Source: an uncultured Candidatus Saccharibacteria bacterium (GTDB lineage: Bacteria; Patescibacteriota; Minisyncoccia; Phycocordibacterales; PALSA-1337). Taken from it: a DNA stretch of 64,000 bases. A program made the translations under genes and the position numbers. The notes beneath the pieces were generated by a model. The model worked only from the letters and a program-made list of their open reading frames with translations, ran no database searches and was not told the DNA's origin. This document shows positions 38,572 through 48,099 of the stretch, piece after piece (position 1 is the stretch's first letter; the number at the start of each line of letters is the position of its first letter). The DNA is taken from the NCBI GenBank assembly GCA_964412585.1, contig CAYPPJ010000002.1, positions 9,631 to 73,630 on the forward strand, in the 5' to 3' direction.

Positions 38572-38680
38572 GAACAAGGGGCGGAACAGGTACTTTTTCA
38601 GCTACAATAAAAGATGCGGTATGCGAATTGAGTGGTAGCTACTATTTCCGCTTCAAAAGTACCTGTTCCGCCCCTTGTTC
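38572..38680. repeat. Family-1 palindromic element, copy B (in the dnaA-rpmH divergent region)
   Basis: Arms gaacaaggggcggaacaggtactttttcagc / gcttcaaaagtacctgttccgccccttgttc (26 bp perfect plus imperfect tip). Loop 38603..38649 tacaataaaagatgcggtatgcgaattgagtggtagctactatttcc. Confidence 0.85.
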
Positions 38681-38735
38681 GTGCAAAGCACTATTACTTG
38701 ATAAGAACACACAAATATGTAATAGTGTGTGAACT

Positions 38736-38870
38736 ATGTCATTCACATACAAACCAAAAAAGCGTAAGCGAGCAAAGTCCCACGGATTTCGTGTGCGCAT
38801 GAAGACGACAGGAGGACGCAATGTTCTTGCGCGTCGTCGAGCAAAAGGTCGTAAACGAGTCGCGGTGTAG
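38736..38870 (+). CDS. rpmH: 50S ribosomal protein L34
   Basis: [44 protein letters not shown], 44 aa; below the ORF-track length cutoff but unmistakable; followed by rnpA. Confidence 0.93.
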   Translation: MSFTYKPKKRKRAKSHGFRVRMKTTGGRNVLARRRAKGRKRVAV

Positions 38871-38882
38871 TCGTTTTCTCGT

Positions 38883-39218
38883 ATGCTTCCACGTTCGCTG
38901 CGGATTTCCGCCGAACAACTTGATCAGATTATGGACAAAGGGAGAGTTTTTCACTCTTCCCTTTTTGTCTTGAGGGTGTTGTCGCACCAAAAAGACACAC
39001 GAATTTCGGCAGTTTCCCCGAAGAAAATAACAAAGACAGCTACCTCAAGGAATGCACTTCGTAGAAAAATCTACTCGGCGGTTAGGAAAGTGGGGACATT
39101 GTTTATTGTTCCTGCGCACCTAGCATTATTTTCGAAGCAAGGAGCAGAAAGGGTAAGTCAGGCAGAAATGGTGGCAGACATACGCGCACTCTTTGTGAAA
39201 GCCGGCCTTTTGCGCTAG
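38883..39218 (+). CDS. rnpA: ribonuclease P protein component
   Basis: 111 aa basic protein, FVLRVL...SAVSPKK...RNALRRKIY pattern, rpmH-rnpA-yidC synteny. Confidence 0.85.
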   Translation: MLPRSLRISAEQLDQIMDKGRVFHSSLFVLRVLSHQKDTRISAVSPKKITKTATSRNALRRKIYSAVRKVGTLFIVPAHLALFSKQGAERVSQAEMVADIRALFVKAGLLR

Positions 39219-39255
39219 TATTACGTAGTTATCTTTTCGTCCTACATCTACCATC

Positions 39256-40008
39256 ATGTATCACACAATTATCTTCCTCCCTCTCTATAACGGGCTTGTC
39301 GCTATTATGAATATTCTGCCGTGGGCTGATATTGGTGTGGCCGTGATCATATTTACAGCCATTGTAAAGCTTGTGCTGTTTCCTCTTTCAAAATCTTCAC
39401 TTTTGACTCAGGTCAAAATGAAGGAGATTGAACCTGAGGCAAACAAGATTCGTGCCCAGTATGCAAGCGACAAGCAAGCCCAGACACTCAAAGTCATGGA
39501 GCTCTACAAGACAAGAGGGGTAAAACCATTTTCAGGTGTCCTACTCCTCCTCATTCAGCTACCCATACTCCTTGCGCTTATCTCAGTTTTTTACAAAATT
39601 ATTCCCTCGATTCACCCAGAGTTCCTCTATAGTTTCATATCAATGCCAGATATAAGCACTAAGATACATTTTCTAGGCATCATTGACCTTGCACAGAAGA
39701 GTTTTATTTTGTCACTTATTACAGCGATTGTTCAATATTTCCAGCTCCACTACTCGATTGCGACTCGCGCCCCAGCAACTGACGCAGTAGTAGATACTTC
39801 GGCGGCTGGTTCAATGGCTATGACAGCCAACTCAATGACAAAGAATATGAAGTTTTTCCTCCCTATTCTTGCGTTTGCATCAACATACTGGCTTATCCCA
39901 GCACAATTTCCTCAAGCCGCCTCGATTATCGCCATCTATTGGACGATCAGTACCCTCTTTACCTTAGGTCAGGAGCTTTATATTAGGAAGAAGTACGTAA
40001 GTAAATAG
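39256..40008 (+). CDS. yidC: membrane protein insertase YidC (short Gram-positive/CPR type)
   Basis: KMKEIEPEANKIRAQYASDKQAQTLKVMELYKTRGVKPFSG...LLIQLPILLAL - YidC/Oxa1 core. Confidence 0.9.
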   Translation: MYHTIIFLPLYNGLVAIMNILPWADIGVAVIIFTAIVKLVLFPLSKSSLLTQVKMKEIEPEANKIRAQYASDKQAQTLKVMELYKTRGVKPFSGVLLLLIQLPILLALISVFYKIIPSIHPEFLYSFISMPDISTKIHFLGIIDLAQKSFILSLITAIVQYFQLHYSIATRAPATDAVVDTSAAGSMAMTANSMTKNMKFFLPILAFASTYWLIPAQFPQAASIIAIYWTISTLFTLGQELYIRKKYVSK

Positions 40009-40114
40009 CACCGCAGGGGAGCACACATCCTCGCTGCTCCAATAAACGATGCGGTATGCAAATTATGTGGTAGCTACTATTTACGCAGCGAGGATGTGTG
40101 CTCCCCTGCGGTGC
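40008..40114. repeat. Family-1 palindromic element, copy C (between yidC stop and end of the T4SS-like operon)
   Basis: Perfect 30-bp arms gcaccgcaggggagcacacatcctcgctgc / gcagcgaggatgtgtgctcccctgcggtgc. Loop 40038..40084 tccaataaacgatgcggtatgcaaattatgtggtagctactatttac. Confidence 0.85.
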
Positions 40115-40122
40115 GGACTCTA

Positions 40123-41442
40123 TTACTTTGCAGTGAGATCAAGAGACCAAAGAGAGAGGTCGTTCTTGTTCATGAATATTAGAAAACGATCCTTTTCATC
40201 AAGGCCAAGATTGAATGCGTCGATGATTCGGTCAGACGTGTCAACAATTGAGGATATTAGATGAACTTCCCCTGTCGTTGCACTAACCTGCCATATTTTA
40301 TCGACGAACGAAACGGTGCCTTTGTACCAATCATCTGGATAGGTCGCCGCGACTGGTTGGGCGGGAACGGCACAATAGATCATGTCTTTATAGAAGTTAC
40401 CCCAGACGCATTTGTCGGCAAGTGTGCGAATGACCGCGTCAGTTCCTTTCTTTTTATCAACATCAAATATACTTGAAACGATATTGTCCGCGCTTCCCGC
40501 CGCAGAAAGGAAGACCTTTTTCGCATCAACACTTACTTTTGTGCTCAAGCCAGGCAATGGACCAAGAATTTTCTTCCATACGCCTGTTTTTGCATTGACG
40601 AAGTAGAGAAAACCACGTTCGTCTGCCGCGCCCTTTGTTGTGAGAGCGATAGTGTTTTCTTCAGGCCACTCAGCATTTACTTGGGTCACTGGGGTGCTAA
40701 AGAGTGGTAGTGGGGCTGAACCGTCAAATTTGAGTATGTATCCCGCGCCAGCACCCTTTTCATTGATTAACACAAATACACGATCTTTTTTAGGGGATAC
40801 CGCAAAAGTCAGAATATTTTCTGGTAGGTTTTTTCCTTTGAGCTCATAAGGGGTCAGTGCAGAATCGGTTACTGATGTAGTTGTTGATACTTTTGGCATA
40901 ACTCGAGCCCGGAGCTCTGCCCAGATTCCTCCAACATTATTTTTTTCGGTTATACCAAAGGCCAAGAAAGACGAGAGGTTTTTGTTCCACACACTTTCAT
41001 ACATTTTAGGAACAACCGTATTCGAAATAGTTTTGATATCAAGAGTATTTCCGCGTGCCTCATAGACATTACCACGTCCCCTATCGATCCAACGGATAGC
41101 TGTTGTGGTGCTCGCAGCTTTTGCATTGACTGGACCTGTCGTACTTGCCCCATATCCCGCTACTGGCGTATTACTCAAAAGACGAAGGGTTGGAATTTTG
41201 AGCTGTGTACCAGAAGCTGTTGAACCGGTGCCATTTGTGCCTACACGAGGAGTACTTGTGCTCGTGCCTGACGATTGTGTTGGTGTACGACCAAATGGGG
41301 TGAAGCCATTTTGTTGTGTGTTTGATGGTTCGCCAAAGTCTGTTGTACCGATTCCCCGCACAAAGAAGTACCAGTATGCGCCACCAGCGATGATGAGTAG
41401 AATAATGAGGCCTATGATGTATTTTAGGGATTTTGAGGTCAT
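40123..41442 (-). CDS. membrane-anchored protein with S/T-rich linker and beta-propeller-like domain (last gene of T4SS-like operon)
   Basis: N-terminal TM IIGLIILLIIAGGAYWYFFV, then TPTQSSGTSTSTP... low complexity, then ~330-aa globular domain. Confidence 0.55.
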   Translation of the reverse strand: MTSKSLKYIIGLIILLIIAGGAYWYFFVRGIGTTDFGEPSNTQQNGFTPFGRTPTQSSGTSTSTPRVGTNGTGSTASGTQLKIPTLRLLSNTPVAGYGASTTGPVNAKAASTTTAIRWIDRGRGNVYEARGNTLDIKTISNTVVPKMYESVWNKNLSSFLAFGITEKNNVGGIWAELRARVMPKVSTTTSVTDSALTPYELKGKNLPENILTFAVSPKKDRVFVLINEKGAGAGYILKFDGSAPLPLFSTPVTQVNAEWPEENTIALTTKGAADERGFLYFVNAKTGVWKKILGPLPGLSTKVSVDAKKVFLSAAGSADNIVSSIFDVDKKKGTDAVIRTLADKCVWGNFYKDMIYCAVPAQPVAATYPDDWYKGTVSFVDKIWQVSATTGEVHLISSIVDTSDRIIDAFNLGLDEKDRFLIFMNKNDLSLWSLDLTAK

Positions 41443-42902
41443 GGTGTTCCGCCGAGGCCCGTTATAAGAGCACTGGTTTGTTTATCAAATAATTGCCTGA
41501 CTGAAGGGTCACTTATTGTTGGCAAAGCTGCAGTTCTCATTCTCTTTACATCAGCAATTGTTGTCTGGGCAGCCTCCTTGTAAAGTGTTAGTTCGCCCGC
41601 TTTCACGCCCGCATTTACAAATTGTGCTGCAGTGAAGCCGGCCGCACCGCCGAGTACACCCCCTGCCGATGTTCCTGCGATGGTGAAAAGGGTTGTGACA
41701 CTTGATTGGAAGGTATCCACCATAGCTTTTACCGATGGACTCTTTGACATACCGTACAGTATAGTGGAGTTTATCTTGGTTATAGCCTCCGCATATTTTT
41801 GATAATCAAGGACTTGTCCCGAAGCGACATCATTTCCAGATTTCTTCAACATTTCACTGTATTTTGTGCTCTCGTCAGCTATTTCTTTAAGGCACGTTGC
41901 TTGATCGTAATTATTTCCATAGTTCCACCACAAAAAACTACTTGATTCAGTGGTTATACCATAGCATTTTTGGATTATTGCGTTCATTATACCAACTCCC
42001 TGTTTAGTGGTGATTGATGCAGTCAGATCTTTTTGCTGGTTATTAATATCGGCAATACGTGCTGCAAGTGCCCGAGAAGCTGGGTCAAGTATAGATGACT
42101 GATCTATAAGTGATTGACATACGTTGGTTGTTCCCGCGGGGACAATTCGATCGTCGATACTATCCATACCGTTTGGATCCGGAACGAATGAATTGACTGA
42201 ATCAATCAATTGTTTACATAAGTCAGCTTTTTGTTGGTCGAGTTCGTCGGATTTTTTCTTTGCCTCAGCAACGGATTTTATAAGATCCATATTATCGCTT
42301 CGGAACTTGCTTGCATCGCGGTTTAGTTGGTCAAATATACCGCTCAATGCCTGAGGTTCATATTTTATATCAAGTGGTTTTACCAACGTCGTTGGTATAT
42401 CAACGAGCCTCGGGTCAACTGTTTTCAGAATAAGATATGAACACAGCACAAGTAATAGGCCGAGCAACGCATTTTGTATTTTTTTAATACCATCAGTTTT
42501 TTGATTATACGCATCGGAGCTCATATACTCGAAACCGCCCCAGACAATCATAAATACCGCCGCAACAGCGCAGAGTGCAATAAGAAGGTTGAATGCATAC
42601 TGTACATAATCTTTAAATTTGACTGAAGTGATTTGTGTCCCTGTTTGGCAATCTACGGCCGGTGTGGTGATTTTTCCGGTAGCATCCTTGACGGCCGGGC
42701 TTGGAACGCATGGCAATGGTTCTAGAAGCGTATAACTAGATTCAGTGTTACAGACGGGGTTGTTTTTTGCATTTGCCGCACTACAATCTGGCCCCGTGGT
42801 TTGTGCCGAAGTGATTGATGTTGAACCAAGTAAAATAACTGCCATTAAGGCTATAAGAGGGATGTTGCAAACTATTTTTCTAAGTATGGAGTATGTATTC
42901 AT
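41439..42902 (-). CDS. secreted/membrane protein with Cys-rich N-terminal region, two central TM helices and C-terminal coiled-coil (T4SS-like operon)
   Basis: Signal peptide, PDCSAANAKNNPVCNTE..., TM pair VQYAFNLLIALCAVAAVFMIVWGGF / IQNALLGLLLVLCSYLIL; 4-nt overlap with downstream gene. Confidence 0.55.
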   Translation of the reverse strand: MNTYSILRKIVCNIPLIALMAVILLGSTSITSAQTTGPDCSAANAKNNPVCNTESSYTLLEPLPCVPSPAVKDATGKITTPAVDCQTGTQITSVKFKDYVQYAFNLLIALCAVAAVFMIVWGGFEYMSSDAYNQKTDGIKKIQNALLGLLLVLCSYLILKTVDPRLVDIPTTLVKPLDIKYEPQALSGIFDQLNRDASKFRSDNMDLIKSVAEAKKKSDELDQQKADLCKQLIDSVNSFVPDPNGMDSIDDRIVPAGTTNVCQSLIDQSSILDPASRALAARIADINNQQKDLTASITTKQGVGIMNAIIQKCYGITTESSSFLWWNYGNNYDQATCLKEIADESTKYSEMLKKSGNDVASGQVLDYQKYAEAITKINSTILYGMSKSPSVKAMVDTFQSSVTTLFTIAGTSAGGVLGGAAGFTAAQFVNAGVKAGELTLYKEAAQTTIADVKRMRTAALPTISDPSVRQLFDKQTSALITGLGGTP

Positions 42903-42908
42903 AGGTAA

Positions 42909-43931
42909 TTAAAAATTCAACCCCTCCCCTTGTGTTGGTGTTCTATTAAATTGCACCGAAAAAGTGGCGTCTGTACCTTGAAGTATTTTCTCAATATTAC
43001 GAATACTCACTTGGACATTTGATGATCCTGTAGAGTCGTCTGGTGCACGTAACACAACTGACTCTTTGTTCGTCAAGCTTGACCTTCCTGAATTGTTAAG
43101 ACCCCACGACCAATCAAGATCACCAGTTCCCACGCGAGGCTTATTGAACCCAAAAGGAACGGCGAGGACACTCGTCTCTTTGTTTGAACCAATGCGCAAA
43201 GTTGAACCTATCGATCTGTTAAAGAGGGTTCCATATAAAGGATCCTCTATATAAAATTGTATCTCAGGACCTCGGGTTATTACTTGAGTATAGGCGCTTG
43301 CGGATGAATCATTATCTTTTGGCCACACAGTTACTGAAATATCATATGGTCGAGGCACTACATCACCCACAAGCACAATAGATTGTTTATTATATCCAGA
43401 CTGGTCTTCAAGGGCTCTCCCGTTCTTTTTCCATTGGTACACTAGTGCAGAAGGACTGTATTCGATACCAGCTGAATTGGCAATGTGAGGTACCGCAATG
43501 ATGGTTACTGAATTTTGATATACAGCTGGAATCTTCCCTTTAAAAAATGGAGGAGTATAGCCATCAGTTTCTAATAGCAGATCGACTGACCCAGAACCAA
43601 TAATGATTGAAGATTTAACAATTACCCCATCAACATTGGTGGCCGTTACTTCAATTGATATTTTCTTTCCTAAAGCAGGAGCCACAACGTCAAACGATGT
43701 CATTCCCGCACCTGACTTCGAAAGCTTTCCATCGACATACCAGGATACTTTGGAAGAATTAATATCTATTGTATAGCTCCGAGCGGTGACGGTGATAGTT
43801 TGTCCCGGAGAAGGGTTGTTACTGGATGGTGATAATTCTAGTCCACCAATGGAAGTTGGCACTTGAGCATGTGCAACAGCCGAAAACATAAAAGCGCACA
43901 GTAGAATTACCCCAAAGAAACGAGATTTCAT
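42909..43931 (-). CDS. secreted Ig-like/beta-repeat protein (T4SS-like operon)
   Basis: Start placed at MKSRFFGVILLCAFMFSAVAHAQ (signal peptide); the longer ORF to 44024 would overlap the upstream gene. Confidence 0.5.
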   Translation of the reverse strand: MKSRFFGVILLCAFMFSAVAHAQVPTSIGGLELSPSSNNPSPGQTITVTARSYTIDINSSKVSWYVDGKLSKSGAGMTSFDVVAPALGKKISIEVTATNVDGVIVKSSIIIGSGSVDLLLETDGYTPPFFKGKIPAVYQNSVTIIAVPHIANSAGIEYSPSALVYQWKKNGRALEDQSGYNKQSIVLVGDVVPRPYDISVTVWPKDNDSSASAYTQVITRGPEIQFYIEDPLYGTLFNRSIGSTLRIGSNKETSVLAVPFGFNKPRVGTGDLDWSWGLNNSGRSSLTNKESVVLRAPDDSTGSSNVQVSIRNIEKILQGTDATFSVQFNRTPTQGEGLNF

Positions 43932-43986
43932 TAGCTTTATTTTACCACGCCCTTTCAATACAGTCTGCAGTAATTTCGGGGATAAT

Positions 43987-44421
43987 TTATTTCGGTAACG
44001 AGCCGTTTGGTGGTCTGAAATCACCCTGGTGAATAGGGTTTTTCGGTGGAGCGTGTCTCATCCCCTCAACGTTCATTTTTGGGCCCATTTTTCCTTTAGT
44101 TAGTACATTGGCTGAAATCCCCGTTTTATCCTCAAGTCGCGTTGTGCCTACTATGATGAGCATTGCGACAAAAATGGTAGGCAATTCCTGCACACCTGGA
44201 ATAAGCTCCGCTATTGTGGAGATAATTTTTGTAACTCCCTGTTTTCCGCTGACAATTCCCATACCCTGTCTCCAAAAGTACACACTCGCAAGGACCCAAA
44301 ATATAGGACCGACAAAGTCGCCGACAAGAGGGATTAAGGTGAATAGGTCAGCAACAAGGGCCGCAACAACCAAAATGGCCCCTGCGGCGTTAGTAATTCG
44401 GTTCTTTTTGGATGTATCCAC
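43987..44421 (-). CDS. small polytopic membrane protein (T4SS-like operon)
   Basis: 3-4 TM helices (ILVVAALVADLFTLIPLVGDFVGPIFWVLASVYFW...). Confidence 0.5.
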   Translation of the reverse strand: MDTSKKNRITNAAGAILVVAALVADLFTLIPLVGDFVGPIFWVLASVYFWRQGMGIVSGKQGVTKIISTIAELIPGVQELPTIFVAMLIIVGTTRLEDKTGISANVLTKGKMGPKMNVEGMRHAPPKNPIHQGDFRPPNGSLPK

Positions 44422-44458
44422 GGTTCAATTATAACAAACTAACCTTTGGATTGTGACA

Positions 44459-46273
44459 CTACCCGGCCTGCTCCAGTTGCCTCTTTGCATCCTTGATAGC
44501 CAACACCTGAGCTGGATTTGTAGTAATAATCTGATCTTCTGTATATGATCCAACCACTTTAATAGCGACGTGTTTGAGCCCTACGAAGAAAATGCCCTCC
44601 CCCACATCAGACTCGAGGAGTAGGTATTTTTCCTCATCCGTGAGGTTGAATGTTTTTTGGATATGATCTATGACTGTTGGCGATTGTTTCAAAAGGATCT
44701 GGATGGATGAGTTTGTCACAATAGGCAATCCATACGGTGAATTCAAGAAGTCATCCACGTCTTGGGTGATGGTAGCAAGACCAAGGAAATATTTACGTCC
44801 GCGCTTTGCCAAACCAAAGAGGAAGGATGCGGTATCTTCGGATTTCATCATCCACCACGCCTCATCAATGACAAGGAGACGGCGCTTGAGATTTTTACGA
44901 ATAGCATTCCATATATAGTGTGTGACGATATACATTGCAACCGGCTTGAGCTCATCTTCCATGTCGCGGAGCGAAAATACCACGAACTTCTTGTTAATAT
45001 CGACATTCGAAGGTCTATTTATGAAGCCGGCCCACGTACCTTTTGTATACTTACTGAGGCGCTGTACGAGTGAGTCACCACCCTCCATGCCTGCGAGGAC
45101 GAGCTCAAAGTCTGAGAGTAATGGCGGTTCTACAGTACGAAAATCTGCCTCAGGCGTGATATCTTTGAGGGCATAGGTCTCACTGATCGCTCGGTCGATG
45201 ATCGCGTCCTCTTCTTGGGTGAGTCCGCCTAACATGATACGGAAGAGGCCGACCAGGTTGATGATGTTTGAACGCAACACATCGGCTGCAGATTCATCTT
45301 CACGAGGTATTGGTAGGTCAAATGGGTTGATATGATGTTCTGAGTTCAAGGAAATATTAAAGTACTTCCCTCCAGTTGCTTCGGCCATATACTCGTATTC
45401 TTTTTCTGGGTCGATAACTATGACATCTGTATCGAACATCAGGGTACGGAGAATTTCGAGCTTGGTTGCGTATGATTTACCAGCGCCGGCCGTTGCGAAG
45501 GTGACAGAGTTGTAATTTTCTAGGGAAAATCGATCAAAGAGCACCAATGAAGAGTTGTGGCGGTTGATACCGTATAGAATGCCTTTGTCTGAGGTGAGGT
45601 CAAATGAGACAAATGGAAAGAGTGACGATAGTGGCGATGAATTGAGCTTCGAGTGTACTGTCAATTGGTCATCTGCAATCGGAATAACTGATTTGAAGCC
45701 TTGTTCTTGCTGGAATAGGGCAGGTTTGACATACACTAGCTTTGATTCGAGGATAGATTTGATCTCGGACTCAAGCTTGTCGAGCTCACCTTCAGAGTCG
45801 GCGAAAAGTGTAATGTAGACACCCACATCAAATAGGTGTTCCTGTGCCTGCATGAGCTGATCACGGAGCTGCTCGAGATCTTGGTATGCAGTATCCAATG
45901 CCGGATCACGCACCAATCCCTTCTCTTCCCTACGCAAAATCTGGCTCTGAACTTCAGCAACCTTCTTTTGGAAATGGCGGAGAATCTTTGCCGTATCAAC
46001 CGGATGGATGAATATTGAGATATTAAAAATCTTATCGAGGTTAATGATCGGTGCAAACCAGCTTTCGTCCAAGAAACGTGGATATGAAATGACAAAAAGC
46101 GTACGGCCTACCTTTTCACCAAGATTGAGGTCTTTTGGGCTTATTTTGAGTGCGGATGGAGAAATGACATCTTTGAGCTCCAACACCCCAGCCTGATAGA
46201 TTTCCTCGGGCAGGATGGAGACGATAGGTGATGAGTCGTCTTTCTTTCCAAATAAATTACCAAAAAATGACAT
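44459..46273 (-). CDS. VirB4/TrbE/CagE-family T4SS ATPase, main (ATPase) part
   Basis: Walker A TFATAGAGKSYATK, Walker B LLVIDEAWWMM, AAA_10/CagE_TrbE_VirB architecture; 604 aa. Confidence 0.85.
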   Translation of the reverse strand: MSFFGNLFGKKDDSSPIVSILPEEIYQAGVLELKDVISPSALKISPKDLNLGEKVGRTLFVISYPRFLDESWFAPIINLDKIFNISIFIHPVDTAKILRHFQKKVAEVQSQILRREEKGLVRDPALDTAYQDLEQLRDQLMQAQEHLFDVGVYITLFADSEGELDKLESEIKSILESKLVYVKPALFQQEQGFKSVIPIADDQLTVHSKLNSSPLSSLFPFVSFDLTSDKGILYGINRHNSSLVLFDRFSLENYNSVTFATAGAGKSYATKLEILRTLMFDTDVIVIDPEKEYEYMAEATGGKYFNISLNSEHHINPFDLPIPREDESAADVLRSNIINLVGLFRIMLGGLTQEEDAIIDRAISETYALKDITPEADFRTVEPPLLSDFELVLAGMEGGDSLVQRLSKYTKGTWAGFINRPSNVDINKKFVVFSLRDMEDELKPVAMYIVTHYIWNAIRKNLKRRLLVIDEAWWMMKSEDTASFLFGLAKRGRKYFLGLATITQDVDDFLNSPYGLPIVTNSSIQILLKQSPTVIDHIQKTFNLTDEEKYLLLESDVGEGIFFVGLKHVAIKVVGSYTEDQIITTNPAQVLAIKDAKRQLEQAG

Positions 46274-46277
46274 ACGT

Positions 46278-46922
46278 TTAGGTTATCTGTATAGGCTTCT
46301 CTGTTTCTCCTGGGTTGAAGAGTTTGTAGAACAATTCTACCACCTCTTCTGTCCCAAGTTCTGCGGCTCGAATACCACAGCGTACCAGCCCCTGTTCGAC
46401 CACAGCGACACGTTGTTCAAGTTGGCTGCGGTATTCCTGAAATTTTGCATCAGCACTTGCCGTCTGTTCTTTTGCCGTGCCCTTGCTGGGAAATATATTC
46501 GAAATCGGATTTTTGCTTGCGGTCATGAGTGGTGGGTCATAGGGTATGACGACAAAGAAGCTCTTTGACATGATGTTGGTGTTTTCAACAAAGGTTTTGA
46601 TGAACTCTATATATTCACGTACCTGGATTTTCATGAGTTCCGTAGCCTGTTCTTTGTAGCGGTCTTCGAGGAGAGCGATGTAGGGTCTAATATCCAGCTT
46701 TTTTGATTGAACGAATATCTGGATAGAAAAATCGAGCGAATTAACGAAGTTCTGGAACTGCATCAGAATAGAACTTTGCTCATCTTGGGATTTCAAGGCA
46801 AAGTTGAGAGATGATACCAAGACGATTGCGCGCATACCGCCATTCTTGAGGATAATGACACCGTCGCGTATCTCCTGTATCGGAATAAAATCTTGGGTTG
46901 TTTTTGATGATACGGCAGCCAT
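46278..46922 (-). CDS. VirB4-family N-terminal domain encoded as a separate ORF
   Basis: IPIQEIRDGVIILKNGGMRAIVLVSSLNFALKSQDEQSSI... matches the first ~200 aa of VirB4/TrbE proteins; stops 4 nt before the ATG of the 604-aa ORF (taa-acgt-atg). Confidence 0.6.
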   Translation of the reverse strand: MAAVSSKTTQDFIPIQEIRDGVIILKNGGMRAIVLVSSLNFALKSQDEQSSILMQFQNFVNSLDFSIQIFVQSKKLDIRPYIALLEDRYKEQATELMKIQVREYIEFIKTFVENTNIMSKSFFVVIPYDPPLMTASKNPISNIFPSKGTAKEQTASADAKFQEYRSQLEQRVAVVEQGLVRCGIRAAELGTEEVVELFYKLFNPGETEKPIQIT

Positions 46923-47356
46923 TATCGTTGATTTTTATTTGAATACATACTTTCTTTGATATCCAGGCTCCAGCTTAGGTCTTTCAATTTGCTGTCAGAA
47001 ATTTTCGGAACCATGATAGAGGCATAGTTTTTAACATCTGTAGCCTCCGCCTCGGTCGTTTGAGGCGTTGTTCTATCCGCCTTTCTCCATATATAGAGCT
47101 TACTGCCGAGATAGTATTTAAATGCAGCTTCGACAACAGTTATAAAAGGTTTGTTATTTATCTTATAGAAAGCGAGTGCGCCTGATATGGCCATAATCAA
47201 GATGATCGGTACAATGGCCAGGGTTACGTTTCCAAGAAATACATAGACTACGAAAGACAGTCCTCCCCCACCAGCCAAGTAGATAAACTGCTTGAGCGTG
47301 AGTGGCCCGAAGATCTTATCCTCGACTTCTATAAATTGGGGAACTTGAAATCGCAT
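46922..47356 (-). CDS. PrgI/VirB3-like small 2-TM T4SS protein
   Basis: MRFQVPQFIEVEDKIFGPLTLKQFIYL + two TM helices; sits directly upstream of VirB4 as in Gram-positive T4SS loci. Confidence 0.55.
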   Translation of the reverse strand: MRFQVPQFIEVEDKIFGPLTLKQFIYLAGGGGLSFVVYVFLGNVTLAIVPIILIMAISGALAFYKINNKPFITVVEAAFKYYLGSKLYIWRKADRTTPQTTEAEATDVKNYASIMVPKISDSKLKDLSWSLDIKESMYSNKNQR

Positions 47357-47395
47357 TGCTCATATTATAGCGTCAAGCGAGGATATGGGAAAGCG

Positions 47396-48088
47396 TTATT
47401 TAATAGGCTCTCGGTATGGATCAGGTCCTCCAGATGATTTTGGTGTAGGAACCGTGATTTTTGGCTTTTGAACCGCAGTCGGCGTTGCCACTACATTTTG
47501 CATAGACTGCCCTGCGGGTTTACTGAGTAGGAGGTCTACAAGTGGCTCTGTATGGCTTTCCTCCTTTTTGGTAGATTTGGCCGCACTAGTCTCACTAAAT
47601 GGACCCGCTTCCTCCTCTCCTACAGGTAAGTTTTGTGGTGGTTGACTGGTGTGAGCTGTGCTTGAGGGTGGATTTTCAAGTCCGGCAAGGATGTTTCCCC
47701 TGTCAGCAGGAGTGACCATCTTGTTTTCTGATTCTGGTTCAGGTTTTTCAATGGTGATGCCACCCATACGCTCTAGATTTTCGCTTGTCTCTGGAGCCGG
47801 GCTGGTTTGTTTTTGCAAATTTGTTTTTAGTACACTAAATACATTTGAGTTAATTTCCACCACAACTTTATCCGCGAGTTCCTGGTCGATAGAGAGTCGG
47901 GTCATTATGTGTCTAGTAAAGTCTGCAGAGGTACTGACACCTTTCAACACATCGCATACTTCAGCATACAGTTCTCCCATTTGGTCGATATTCAACCCTA
48001 ACTTTTTTGAGGTAATTTCCAGGGTATCATAAAACTGCGGTGATGATATGTAGCTTTTTATTTGTTCCAATTGGTTATTTTTGTCCAT
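47396..48088 (-). CDS. hypothetical cytoplasmic protein with P/S/E-rich C-terminus (T4SS-like operon)
   Basis: No TM; ORF in operon context only. Confidence 0.45.
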   Translation of the reverse strand: MDKNNQLEQIKSYISSPQFYDTLEITSKKLGLNIDQMGELYAEVCDVLKGVSTSADFTRHIMTRLSIDQELADKVVVEINSNVFSVLKTNLQKQTSPAPETSENLERMGGITIEKPEPESENKMVTPADRGNILAGLENPPSSTAHTSQPPQNLPVGEEEAGPFSETSAAKSTKKEESHTEPLVDLLLSKPAGQSMQNVVATPTAVQKPKITVPTPKSSGGPDPYREPIK

Positions 48089-48099
48089 AATTGTTCATG

